Positions 9,986 to 19,637 are shown, counted from the whole stretch's first letter. The stretch is DNA of 61,898 nucleotides, filler included, from Deltaproteobacteria bacterium (GCA_016202395.1; 5 parts of 5 records of this genome joined end to end with filler, not necessarily neighbours in it), one strand, 5' to 3'. A program made the numbers and translations. The notes: generated by a model from the letters alone, not told the origin.

Positions 9986-11487
9986 TCGAATCTCTCCTTC
10001 CTCAGATGGAGTGAGAAAAATCCTCCCGTCCAACCATCGAGAAGAGCGGTGAGCTCCTCAATCTGAAGTTGCAAGTCGTTTTTCTGGAGTGGATCTTCCG
10101 GCCTCGACATCAAAAGCTCCCACTGCAATCGACGCCGTTGGTAGTAAACCTTGGTGACCTGATCCAAAATATCCCCGCGCAGCTCTACCAAATCTTCTAC
10201 CTGTTTGGCTACCGAAAGCTCGTCAGAATCATAAATTAAACGATCGAGATTCCATTCGAGATCCAGATCGTACTGAATCGATTCTCCATCAGAACCACTG
10301 ATATCCGAGGTTTCAGGGGCCACGATAATCACCTGAGTGGTCGAACTGCCAAAAAGAGTGTCATCCACAGAAAAACCGGTGTCCCGATCCCGATCATAGG
10401 TCACACCCACGTTTAACTGAGGAAGCCAAGACTTTTTGCGAACCCTGCGTCGCCACGAATTGGGGAATTTTTGAGAGACCTGAGCGTATTGGATGGCCGC
10501 TTGATGAACCTGTTCAATCGTTGGCTCATCGGAGAAGGGATTCTCTTTTTCTGGAATGGGCGACGCAGTCACCTCCCGTTTAAAAAACTTGAGATTAACA
10601 TCAACATTCCAAACCTTTTGTTCCGTTAAAGCCCAAAGTCGTTGAGGATCCCAAAAAAGCCGGGTGACCTCTCGAATCGGCTCCGGAAAGGCTTTCCACG
10701 ATTGACCTTCATCGACAGAAAGAAGAGTTCCAACGTTCGAATAGTAAGCGAGCCATCCTTGGTTAGAAACAGCGATAGCATCGATCCCTCCAGAAGCTAG
10801 GAGGTGAGCTTGTTTCCCATCCCACGCAAAGAAGCCCGCTTTAGAGCGAAAGTAGATCTTTTGAAACTCGGTCACGATCTCGAAAACCGATTTTGTAGAA
10901 AAAACCCTCGTGGCGTGATCTTTGGCGATCTGATAGATCCCATCCTCGGCCCCAACGAAAAGGGTCGATTGCGTTGAATCGTAGGCCAGATCGAAAATCT
11001 CTTTCTGATTTAAAATTCCACTCCAAGGCCGCCATACCGGATTTTGCCAATCTCGCACAAAAAGCCCCTCATTCGACCCCACCCAAAGATGATCGGCAGA
11101 GATCGCCGCAGAGGTGAGTTCCCACTCCCCTACCGTCGAGAAGGGAAGGGCCTGCCACGTTTCCCCATTGCTAAGTGAGAGATAAATCCCACGGGAAATC
11201 ACGGCGAGAACAATAGAGGGGTCGAAGGGATCAACGGCCATGTCGAGAACCGGCCCTCTCCCCACCGGAATCGAGAGGACAGACTTCGCCTCCAAGGTCT
11301 TAGGATCCCACCGATAAATCCCCTGGGAGGCTCCAATCAAAATCGAGTCTTCATAGGCTCGCATGATCGTCCGATAGTCTTGGTCCACAATCCTCAGCTC
11401 CACACGATCCCAGCCTTGTGTGTCACCGGCCAGAGCCTGGGACCCCCAAAGCAAGAGCGCCACTCTGATCCACTTCAATTTTTTCAT
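9982..11487 (-). CDS. Secreted beta-propeller protein with conserved helical C-terminal domain
   Basis: Signal peptide; S.D.G.TW (BNR-like) and 'LWVGS..GLF' blades; C-terminal 'WRRRVRKKSWLPQL...V.KVYYQRRRLQ...LD.WTGG.FS'. Confidence 0.7.
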   Translation of the reverse strand: MKKLKWIRVALLLWGSQALAGDTQGWDRVELRIVDQDYRTIMRAYEDSILIGASQGIYRWDPKTLEAKSVLSIPVGRGPVLDMAVDPFDPSIVLAVISRGIYLSLSNGETWQALPFSTVGEWELTSAAISADHLWVGSNEGLFVRDWQNPVWRPWSGILNQKEIFDLAYDSTQSTLFVGAEDGIYQIAKDHATRVFSTKSVFEIVTEFQKIYFRSKAGFFAWDGKQAHLLASGGIDAIAVSNQGWLAYYSNVGTLLSVDEGQSWKAFPEPIREVTRLFWDPQRLWALTEQKVWNVDVNLKFFKREVTASPIPEKENPFSDEPTIEQVHQAAIQYAQVSQKFPNSWRRRVRKKSWLPQLNVGVTYDRDRDTGFSVDDTLFGSSTTQVIIVAPETSDISGSDGESIQYDLDLEWNLDRLIYDSDELSVAKQVEDLVELRGDILDQVTKVYYQRRRLQWELLMSRPEDPLQKNDLQLQIEELTALLDGWTGGFFSLHLRKERFE

Positions 11488-11592
11488 CTCAATTACTCTA
11501 TCGATCGCTGGAGGCCCAATGTTGCGTGGCCCAACAAAAAAATTTCAAGGCAGGTTTATTGAGGCGGCATTTCGATGCAAATTAGGGGAACT

Positions 11593-12867
11593 CTAAAGGC
11601 CGGTCCGTTCTCCTTTGAAGAGATTCCAGCTCCTGAGATAATCCAAAGCTCGGCGAACCTGAACATCGGCTAGCATTGGATTCTCTTCGACTTTCTGCGC
11701 ATTCCCTTGTGTTTCAATATGGCCCTGCAGATTCTCCTCACGAAGGGATGGGGGGATGGAATTTTGAACGATCTCCCCGGCTTCTACCACGATGTCGGGG
11801 GTAATCCCTTTGGCCTGAATCGATCGGCCGTTGGGGGTATAATAAAGAGCCGTGGTGAGTCGAAGCCCAGAACCATCGGCCAGCTGAAAGATCGTTTGGA
11901 CAGAGCCTTTCCCAAAGGTCTGTGTTCCCAGAACAACGGCCCGTTTGTGATCTTGAAGGGCTCCCGCCACAATCTCGGAGGCTGAAGCGCTTCCCGAGTT
12001 CACCAAAACAACCATCGGGAAACCGACGTAGCTCCCTTGAGGTTGAGCCTCGAAGCGAGTCTCACTCCCTTCTTGTCGACCCCGAGTATAAACAATGAGC
12101 CCCGACTCCAAGAAAAGATCGGAGACGCCCACTGCCTGATCCATCAATCCGCCAGGATTATTCCTCAGGTCAAGGATCAATCCGCGAACTCCCCCCTCCT
12201 CCTTGGCAAGCCTCTTCATATTCTCTTCTAGATCGGCCGTGGTCCTAGCGTGAAAACTCGCAATCCGGATGTAAGGATAACCGGCCTCTAAGACCTCCGC
12301 CCGAACACTGGGGATACGAATCACCGCTCGAGCCACCGTGATCTCCATCGGCTGATCTACCCCTTCTCTCAAGATGAAGAGCTTCACACGGGTCCCCTTC
12401 GGCCCCCGAAGCTTCTCCACGGCATCAAATAATGTCATATTCTGTGTCGACTCCTCATCAATCCTCAAGACCTTATCCCCAGCCTCAATTCCCGCCTCAA
12501 AAGCGGGGGTTCCCTCAATGGGGGAGATGACGGTTAAGATCCCATCCCGAATGGCGATCTCGATTCCTAATCCTTCAAAGCTCCCCTTAATGGCAATCTC
12601 CATGTCCTCGTTAGACTTCGGCGGCAGAAAAGAGGAGTGAGGATCCAGATCGGAGATCATTCCTTGAATGGCCCCATAGATGAGCTTCTCGTCATCGACC
12701 TCTTCCACATAATGGTCTTTAACCTTCTTGAGCACATCGGAAAAAATCTCGAGCCTCTCGTATGTTTCTCGAGTGACCGCCTCCACATGTTGCTGCCACC
12801 CCACGTACAAGAGACAAGTGAGAGCTAAAACCACCGCTATCGCATAACTGAACTTCCGCCGATCCAT
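11593..12867 (-). CDS. ctpA: Carboxyl-terminal processing protease (S41, PDZ)
   Basis: LDPHS, GLGIEI, ILDLRNNPGG, SASASEIVAGALQD, TFGKGSVQ. Confidence 0.95.
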   Translation of the reverse strand: MDRRKFSYAIAVVLALTCLLYVGWQQHVEAVTRETYERLEIFSDVLKKVKDHYVEEVDDEKLIYGAIQGMISDLDPHSSFLPPKSNEDMEIAIKGSFEGLGIEIAIRDGILTVISPIEGTPAFEAGIEAGDKVLRIDEESTQNMTLFDAVEKLRGPKGTRVKLFILREGVDQPMEITVARAVIRIPSVRAEVLEAGYPYIRIASFHARTTADLEENMKRLAKEEGGVRGLILDLRNNPGGLMDQAVGVSDLFLESGLIVYTRGRQEGSETRFEAQPQGSYVGFPMVVLVNSGSASASEIVAGALQDHKRAVVLGTQTFGKGSVQTIFQLADGSGLRLTTALYYTPNGRSIQAKGITPDIVVEAGEIVQNSIPPSLREENLQGHIETQGNAQKVEENPMLADVQVRRALDYLRSWNLFKGERTGL

Positions 12868-12893
12868 TTTATTTCTCCTCCTTGATAAAAAAC

Positions 12894-14099
12894 CTAACGA
12901 CCCAACCAGTCCAACGGATCCGTTGCTTTTCCGTTGAAACGAATCTCAAAATAAAGATAGGCCCCCTTTATAGAACCTGTATCTCCAACAAGTCCCACCA
13001 CCTCCCCTTTCGACACCGTGTCCCCAACCTGTTTCAAAATCTCAGAGAGATGGGAGGAAACGGTATGATAACCTCCGCCGTGATCAATAATCAAGGCCTT
13101 GCCATAACCATCGAGCCAATCAGCGTAGATCACTTGCCCCGCATGAATCGCGCGGACCTCAGCCCCCATCGCCGCAGCAATATCGATCCCACTGCGAAAA
13201 TACGGCTGCTGCAACCCCGGCTCGAACGCTTGACCGAAAGTGCCAATGATCTTTCCTGCAGCCGGCAGTTCCAATCCCCCTTTGCGGTCCGCAAACGTCG
13301 GAGAGAGCCTCTTCTTAAGATTCGCCTCCACTTCCTGAATCAACGTTTCGATATCCTTTGAGGATTGTTCCAATTCGACAATGGCCTTGCGAGAAAGTTC
13401 CTTTTGGCGACGAAGGGAAGCCAAGAAACTCAATTTCTTCCCTCTCTCTTTGGCCAAAAGATCCTGAAGCCCTCGCATCTCGTTAAATAAAACGGTGAGC
13501 TGCTCATTCTGCGTCTGCAGCGCTTGCTCCTGATTCTGGAGCTCAATTAGCGAAAGGGAGAGTTGTTCAAGCGTCTTGAGATCCTGCGCGATGATGGCTT
13601 GAGAGAACTCCAGACGACGGGCCGCTGAAGAGAGGGAATCGGCAGAAAAAAGGACCCGCAAGATTCCACCGCGCGTCGCTTTGTAAAAAGAGCGGACCCG
13701 AAGCATGCTCCTTCCCCGAAGGTCCTGAATGTTCGTTTGCAGAATTTCAATATTCTCTTCCGTTTGGTTTTTCTCTTCATTCAATCGATCCCAATTCTTT
13801 TGCAAAGTGGCCAGTTCCCGCTCATTGGTCTCAATCTGTTTGTCGATCTTCGTGAGATTCCCCAAGAGAGAGCGTTCCTTCTGCTCCAGCTGCTTCACCT
13901 CCCCCTTCTTTTTCTGAAGATTTTCTTGGATTTCTTTCAATCGACTCCGATTGGCCTCTAATGCCTTGAGTTCTTCTGCGGGCTCTGTTTGCGGATCGGC
14001 CCACGTCCCAGAGAGGGACCCGCCGACGCAAAAGAGAAAGAGCAGGGCAAACGCTACCTTTTGAGGAAACGGCCTATGGAGAAAAAGCTTCCAAAACAT
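12894..14099 (-). CDS. envC: Murein hydrolase activator, coiled coil + M23 domain
   Basis: Long coiled coil; GIDIAA...G.VIYADWLDGYG..LIIDHG...LYFEIR; follows ftsEX; start uncertain. Confidence 0.88.
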   Translation of the reverse strand: MFWKLFLHRPFPQKVAFALLFLFCVGGSLSGTWADPQTEPAEELKALEANRSRLKEIQENLQKKKGEVKQLEQKERSLLGNLTKIDKQIETNERELATLQKNWDRLNEEKNQTEENIEILQTNIQDLRGRSMLRVRSFYKATRGGILRVLFSADSLSSAARRLEFSQAIIAQDLKTLEQLSLSLIELQNQEQALQTQNEQLTVLFNEMRGLQDLLAKERGKKLSFLASLRRQKELSRKAIVELEQSSKDIETLIQEVEANLKKRLSPTFADRKGGLELPAAGKIIGTFGQAFEPGLQQPYFRSGIDIAAAMGAEVRAIHAGQVIYADWLDGYGKALIIDHGGGYHTVSSHLSEILKQVGDTVSKGEVVGLVGDTGSIKGAYLYFEIRFNGKATDPLDWLGR

Positions 14100-14959
14100 C
14101 CGACAATGGCTCCCAGGGCCATGAGCCCTAAAAGAGTAGGTAAAGAAAGAAACGAGAACTGTGGAAAACCTAGGGCTAAAGCCCAAGAAATCCCAAACCG
14201 CATTAAAACAAACTGGTAGAGCCCCCACGCTAAACCGAGAGCGATGGCGGCTCCTCCTACTCCCAAAACAACCCCTTCAAAAAGAAATGGGATACGAATG
14301 AAGAAACGAGTTGCCCCCACCAGTTGCATGATCTCGATCTCTTCCCTCCGTGTAAAAACCGACAAACGGATTGTGTTGGCAATGATCAGGAGGCAGGCGA
14401 AACAGAGTGCAATGGCTAGGCCAATCCATCCCCAACGAAACCAGGTGAGAACATCGAGAAATCGCTCTGTCCACCCTTGGCCATAGTGCACTTCTTCCAC
14501 TTCCGGCAAATCGAGGAATCGTCCTGCCAATTGTTGGACTTGGGCGGGTGTAGGATTCGGATTTTTAAGCGAGATCTCGAAATAAGCAGGCAGAGGATTC
14601 TCCGGGAGGTTTTCTAAAAGAGAGGCTTTGTCTCCTAACTCCCGTTTGAATTGAACGAGGGCCTCTTCTTTAGAAACGTGTTGAATCTTATCGATCTCGC
14701 TCCATCGTCTCCAACCCCCCTCCAATCGTTGGACATCGTCAGGGAGAAGTCCCTCTTTCAAAAAGATCGTGACCGATACTTTTTTCCCCCATTGGACGGC
14801 GGCTCCCTCGAGGTTCTGATAAAGGATCCCGAAGATCACAACGATCAGGAAGGCAAGCCCAATGGTAGCGAGCCCCATGCTGTGGAGCAAAAACCGATGC
14901 CTAAAATGCAACAACGACTGGCGAAAAAGGTAGAAAAATTGAAATAAGAATTTTTTCAT
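14054..14959 (-). CDS. ftsX: Cell division permease
   Basis: NPLP, IIANTIRL...RREEIEIMQLVGAT..FIRIPFLFEG. Confidence 0.95.
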   Translation of the reverse strand: MKKFLFQFFYLFRQSLLHFRHRFLLHSMGLATIGLAFLIVVIFGILYQNLEGAAVQWGKKVSVTIFLKEGLLPDDVQRLEGGWRRWSEIDKIQHVSKEEALVQFKRELGDKASLLENLPENPLPAYFEISLKNPNPTPAQVQQLAGRFLDLPEVEEVHYGQGWTERFLDVLTWFRWGWIGLAIALCFACLLIIANTIRLSVFTRREEIEIMQLVGATRFFIRIPFLFEGVVLGVGGAAIALGLAWGLYQFVLMRFGISWALALGFPQFSFLSLPTLLGLMALGAIVGCFGSFFSIGRFLKR

Positions 14960-15630
14960 TGGATAAAACTATTTTGGATGATTTTTCCTGCTTGTAAAGT
15001 GATCGTAGGATGGGGAAAACGCCCCATCAGATATCGATTATGAGTCGCAAAAAGAACGATGGTTCCACTGGCGCGAGCCTCCTCCAGATATCGCACCACC
15101 TCTTCACTAATCTCAGGATCCAGATTCCCTGTGGGTTCATCGGCAAGGATGACGCGCGGCTCACGAACGATCGCTCGGGCAATGGCAAGCCGCTGTTGTT
15201 CCCCACCGGAGAGTTGATACGGATAACGTTTCGCCTTATCCGCGAGCCCCACCCTTCCAAGGGCGTTTTCAACCTTTTGGCGAATCTCCTGGGGCGAAGT
15301 CCCCAACACTTGCAGAACGAAAGAGACATTCCCATAAATCGTTTGATGGGGCAAAAGCTTAAAATCCTGGAAGATAAACCCCACCTGACGTCGCAACAAC
15401 GCCAGCCGCCTCCCTTTAAGGCGCGAGACATTCTGCCCTTCAATGAGAACTTGTCCTTGGGTTGGCTTTTCAGCGCCAAAGAGAAGTTTAAGCAGTGTTG
15501 TCTTCCCCGAGCCACTCGGGCCAGTCAAATAAACAAAATTCCCTGGAGGGAGCTCAAAATTCACGTCTTCTAGCGCCACGACACTGGGTTTGTAAACTTT
15601 GGAAAGGTGAAACACTTGAACCACATTCAC
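14956..15630 (-). CDS. ftsE: Cell division ATP-binding protein
   Basis: [38 protein letters not shown]; upstream of ftsX. Confidence 0.95.
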   Translation of the reverse strand: MNVVQVFHLSKVYKPSVVALEDVNFELPPGNFVYLTGPSGSGKTTLLKLLFGAEKPTQGQVLIEGQNVSRLKGRRLALLRRQVGFIFQDFKLLPHQTIYGNVSFVLQVLGTSPQEIRQKVENALGRVGLADKAKRYPYQLSGGEQQRLAIARAIVREPRVILADEPTGNLDPEISEEVVRYLEEARASGTIVLFATHNRYLMGRFPHPTITLQAGKIIQNSFIQ

Positions 15631-15713
15631 AGTGTATCATTCTCCACAAAAAATTTAAAGATGATCCTTAATTCCTGTTGCAGCTTTATGCCATCATTCC
15701 ATTACAACTAGCT

Positions 15714-15800
15714 CGTCATCCCCGCGAAAGCGGGGAACCAGAATTGGATTCCCACTTTCGTGGGAATGACATGCATTCCCGTTTGCACGGGAATAACGGC
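15714..15800. repeat. Cluster of three CGTCAT-type REP palindromes (ATTCCC-N8-GGGAAT form)
   Basis: CGTCATCCCCGCGAAAGCGGGGAACCAG; TGGATTCCCACTTTCGTGGGAATGAC; ATTCCCGTTTGCACGGGAATAACG. Confidence 0.85.
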
Positions 15801-15895
15801 CGACCCCAAGAAAGCGTTTGTTGCTTCAGCGGATTAAAAAAACTTGCGGTTTGGGGGAGAATTTGCTTTATTGAGTGGGCACAAAGGGGGGCAAA

Positions 15896-17062
15896 ATGGG
15901 CCAAAATAACGATCCGACAAAGGGTGTTTTTCTTTGTCTGTTTGTCTGTTTGTTTGTTTGTCTGTCTGTCTGGGCCGCCGGTTTAGCACAGGCTCACGGG
16001 ATTCAGTATCACCACTCCGATCATCTCGGTTCTACCGGAATTGTTACCGACAACAATAGAGAAGTGGTGGAACAAACCCTTTATTCCCCTTTTGGAGAAC
16101 TCCTCCAAGAAGTTGTCATTGCGAGGGACCCCGCCTTGGCGGGGGACCGAAGCAATCTCCCAACAAACCACCTCTTTACCTCCCAAGAGCTCGACCACGA
16201 ATCCAACCTCCACTATTACGGCGCCCGGTATGACGATTCGATCCTCTCCCGATTCTTAAGCCGCGATCCCATTTTGTCAGAACCTCCTTATGCCTATGTG
16301 CGCAACAATCCCATTCGATGGTTCGATTCGACCGGTCAGAGCCCTGAGGATCCAGTTCTAAAGCTCACGCGAGAGATTTGCCAGTTGGCAAGGAATGCTC
16401 AGGCCGGTGTCCCTGGAGCGGAGGAGCAATTGCAAGCCGCCCGCCACGCCTTGGAGCGAGCATTGGATCCACACCTGGAGATTGGTGAGGTTCCTCCCGA
16501 ACCGATGCTTGAGAGTGAGATGCCGTTCAGTGGGACGTCGTTGGATCATGCTCAATACTTGGCAGATCAGATTCACTCCATGTTGTCTCAGCCCACCATT
16601 CCAGAAGCGTTGGCAGGAATCCCAGAACGCTTGGCTGAGTTGCAAAATCTTATCTCGGATGGAGCAATCACGAACGATGGAGTGATTGAATTGATAAGGC
16701 TTAAGAATATTGCCTGGTGGTTTGTGGGGATGCCTGGAGACAGTGGGATGATCTCTGTGGATTCAATCGACCCACTCCCTGGCTTTGGTATTTCAGAGGA
16801 TCTGGCTGGCATGCCTCCGTTGACCTCGCTCGATAACGATCCGTTACTTGAACAATTACCGGGGCATGGAATGACTCCATCGATCCCCACACGAAATATC
16901 ACCCCTTCCACCCCAACGATGCCGGGAACGCTGCCCTTCCCCGTCACTGAGCTCCCCTCGTGGGGTCAACTGATTTATGCATCGGGAGTCTTACTCGCTC
17001 CCATCCTCGGCCCTGAAATCCTGCCGCAGCCATCGGCTGTCCTTGCCCCCGCTGTTCCGTAA
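15896..17062 (+). CDS. Signal-peptide mini-Rhs protein 1 (Rhs repeat-associated core + unique C-terminus)
   Basis: Hydrophobic leader ending AQA; YHHSDHLGS, YSPFGE, FTSQELD.ES.LHYYGARYDD....RFLSRDP, YAYVRNNPIRWFDSTG. Confidence 0.88.
   Translation: MGQNNDPTKGVFLCLFVCLFVCLSVWAAGLAQAHGIQYHHSDHLGSTGIVTDNNREVVEQTLYSPFGELLQEVVIARDPALAGDRSNLPTNHLFTSQELDHESNLHYYGARYDDSILSRFLSRDPILSEPPYAYVRNNPIRWFDSTGQSPEDPVLKLTREICQLARNAQAGVPGAEEQLQAARHALERALDPHLEIGEVPPEPMLESEMPFSGTSLDHAQYLADQIHSMLSQPTIPEALAGIPERLAELQNLISDGAITNDGVIELIRLKNIAWWFVGMPGDSGMISVDSIDPLPGFGISEDLAGMPPLTSLDNDPLLEQLPGHGMTPSIPTRNITPSTPTMPGTLPFPVTELPSWGQLIYASGVLLAPILGPEILPQPSAVLAPAVP
15933..15972 (+). repeat. Tetranucleotide SSR (TYTG)x10 in the signal-peptide coding region
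   Basis: tttg tctg tttg tctg tttg tttg tttg tctg tctg tctg. Confidence 0.9.
16115..16159. repeat. REP-like palindrome in frame inside the Rhs core
   Basis: GTCATTGCGAG-GGA-CCCCGCC-TT-GGCGGGG-GAC-CGAAGCAATCTC, 45 bp = 15 codons. Confidence 0.8.
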
Positions 17063-17136
17063 TCAACGAAAATGAAAGTGGAGTCAGGGATCAACGTTGG
17101 ACAGCGTGTGGTCGAGGAAGTGACGGCCGATCGGCT

Positions 17137-17238
17137 TTAATCTTTCTGAAGCATTTTGTTAATATGAGTGTACAGAAAGACTCTCTGAACAGCTTCTTGG
17201 ATGTCCAAAAGAAATTCGCGATCCCCCCTCTTAGACAT
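17137..17238 (-). pseudogene. Truncated HEPN/DUF86 (HepT-like) toxin
   Basis: ATG overlaps the MNT 3' end; MSKRGDREFLLDIQEAVQRVFLYT is a DUF86-type N-terminus; stop after 33 codons. Confidence 0.7.
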
Positions 17239-17533
17239 AAATCAGACTCCGTCGGATACTCTCTGCAATCTCCTTGATTCGAATACTTGCAACGCCTTCT
17301 GGGGTCAGAATGTCCAGTTTTTCCCCTAGTTTTTCTTCTAAATAATCTATCATTTGAAAAAACTTAAACCCGATAGGCCGATCCAATTCCACCAACAGAT
17401 CCACATCACTTCCCTCGCGAGCCGTGCCAGTGGCATAGGAACCAAAGAGGGCCAGTTTTTGCACTCCATACGCGCTTTTCAGTTGGGGCTGGATTTTTTT
17501 AAGGATCTCAAGGATTTTACTTTTTGTCAGCAT
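17231..17533 (-). CDS. Minimal nucleotidyltransferase (MNT antitoxin family)
   Basis: YGVQKLALFGSYA.G.A...SDVDLLVE; 100 aa from ATG 17533. Confidence 0.9.
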   Translation of the reverse strand: MLTKSKILEILKKIQPQLKSAYGVQKLALFGSYATGTAREGSDVDLLVELDRPIGFKFFQMIDYLEEKLGEKLDILTPEGVASIRIKEIAESIRRSLIYV

Positions 17534-17669
17534 ACTTGGGACTACTTTATCAAACGTTCTATCATGATGTAAATAGCCGTATTGATTCAGCACATCGCCT
17601 CCTATATCAACGAGATTGTGTGGACGTTGAGGATGGATCCGAAGGGATCTCTTCAGGATATCACGGCAT

Positions 17670-19637
17670 TTATTGAGCCTGCACGAGTTGAAAATCGGTG
17701 CGACGGCGTGCCACATCCACTTTTGCAACCTGCACCGTCACCGAATCCCCCAGTCGAAATGTTTTTCCTGTCCGACGCCCTTTCAAAATTTGATGTTCTT
17801 CCACAAAATAATAGCGATCATTAGGTAACGTGCTAATGTGGGCAAGCCCTTCCACAAAAAGATCGTTTAACTCCACAAAAATTCCAAAGGAGACAACCCC
17901 GCTCACATATCCGGGATAAACCTCGCCCAGTCTGTCAACCATAAATTGGACCTTTTTGAGATCGACGATCTCTCGTTCGGCCTCCACCGCAATTCGTTCG
18001 CGGCGGGAGGTGTGTTTCGCAATCTCGGGGAGCTGTTTTTTCCAATGCTCTTTCTTCTTCTCACTCATTCGTGAAGAACCAAAAACTTCGCGAAGCAAAC
18101 GATGCACAATCAGATCGGGGTAACGTCGAATGGGGGATGTAAAATGGGCATAATACTGCGCTGCCAGGCCAAAATGCCCCGAATTCTCTTCGCTATAGCG
18201 CGCCTGCTTCATGGTGCGAAGCATTAAGAGATTAACCGTTCGCTCATAGGGCTTCCCTTCCACGGATGAAACAATTTTTTGAAATAACTTGGGCTCTAAC
18301 TTTTTCGTCCTCTTCAAATCAGTTTGTATTCCAATCGCTCCTAAGAAGAGAGAGAAATTCTTGACCTTGAGCGGATCGGGCTCTTCGTGAATGCGATAGA
18401 GAAAAGGGAGACCCAATTTTGACATGTGCCAAGCCACTGTTTCATTGGCCGCCAACATGAACTCCTCGATGATCCGATGGGCCACATTGCGCTCCGCACG
18501 AATAATGTTCTCAGGCTTTCCCTCAATGTCGAGCAAAATCTCAGGCTCGGGAAGATCGAAATCGATGCTCCCCCTCTCGACCCTTCGAGCCCGAAGCCGT
18601 GTAAAGAGCCTCTCCATGAGTTCAAAATTCGGGATCAAACTAGGATAGCGGTTGCGAGTCTCTGGATCTTTATCGACTAAAATTTTGCGAACCTCGGTGT
18701 AAGTCATTCGCGCTCGGCTGTGAATGACACTCGGATAAATCTGGTAGTGGGCAACTCCTCCTCGTGCGTCAAAAAGCATCTCTGTCGTCATCGTGAGTCG
18801 ATCGACATCGGGTTTAAGGCTGCAAATCCCTGTGGAGAGCGGGGTTGGAAGCATGTGGATCGCTCGATCCGGGAAGTAGACGCTGGTGCCGCGTTGATAA
18901 GCCTCTTCGTCCAAGGCGGTTCCGGGACGGACATAGTGACTCACATCGGCAATCGAAACCCACAAACGGATGTTATCGCCAGTCTGTTGAACGGCCACCG
19001 CATCATCAAAATCACGGGCGTTCTCGCCGTCGATCGTCACAAAGGGGATCGAACGGAGATCTTTTCGCCCTTGGACCTCTGTCTCCGAAAGCGCATCTGA
19101 GATTGCCTCAGCCTCGCTTAAGGCCCTTGGAGAAAACTCCATGGGGAGGCCGTGCTCATGAGCGACCACCGCCACCTCCACATCGGGGTTATTGATATCC
19201 CCAAGGATCGAGAGAATCTCCCCCTGAGCCTCTTTTGTTCCATCGGGGTATTGAGTGATCTCAACGGTCACGATATCGCCCATTTGAGGCGAGTGGCGCT
19301 GCTCTCTTCCAAGCCAGATGGGGTCAGGGAACCGTTCATCTAAGGGGATCACAGAAGCCCGTCGGCCCTTTTGTTCGTAGCGTCCTACAATGGTTTTGTG
19401 CACTCGAGATAGGATACGAACGATCCGCCCCTCTCGCCGCCCTCCCTGGCGTGTTCGCTCAATGGTGGCTAAAACCTGATCCTCATGCCAAGCCCCTCCC
19501 AAAGCAGGGGAACGAATAAAGACATCTTCACCGTCAGGGCCTTCCGGACAAACAAAGCCGTAGCCATCGCGGTGGCGTTCCAGAACACCTGTTACTTTCT
19601 CCCCTCCAGGGGCTTTTTTAAACTGTTTTCTTGACAT
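17670..19637 (-). CDS. rnr: Ribonuclease R
   Basis: GYGFV cold-shock domain, TIDGENARDFDDA, IEEFMLAAN, HFTSPIRRYPDL, S1 domain. Confidence 0.97.
   Translation of the reverse strand: MSRKQFKKAPGGEKVTGVLERHRDGYGFVCPEGPDGEDVFIRSPALGGAWHEDQVLATIERTRQGGRREGRIVRILSRVHKTIVGRYEQKGRRASVIPLDERFPDPIWLGREQRHSPQMGDIVTVEITQYPDGTKEAQGEILSILGDINNPDVEVAVVAHEHGLPMEFSPRALSEAEAISDALSETEVQGRKDLRSIPFVTIDGENARDFDDAVAVQQTGDNIRLWVSIADVSHYVRPGTALDEEAYQRGTSVYFPDRAIHMLPTPLSTGICSLKPDVDRLTMTTEMLFDARGGVAHYQIYPSVIHSRARMTYTEVRKILVDKDPETRNRYPSLIPNFELMERLFTRLRARRVERGSIDFDLPEPEILLDIEGKPENIIRAERNVAHRIIEEFMLAANETVAWHMSKLGLPFLYRIHEEPDPLKVKNFSLFLGAIGIQTDLKRTKKLEPKLFQKIVSSVEGKPYERTVNLLMLRTMKQARYSEENSGHFGLAAQYYAHFTSPIRRYPDLIVHRLLREVFGSSRMSEKKKEHWKKQLPEIAKHTSRRERIAVEAEREIVDLKKVQFMVDRLGEVYPGYVSGVVSFGIFVELNDLFVEGLAHISTLPNDRYYFVEEHQILKGRRTGKTFRLGDSVTVQVAKVDVARRRTDFQLVQAQ

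Noticed and set aside
17575-17610. Plus-frame peptide SRIDSAHRLLYQ resembling the YoeB/Txe toxin motif
   Set aside because: Only 12 residues with no start or flanking similarity; cannot be separated from chance without a tBLASTn search.
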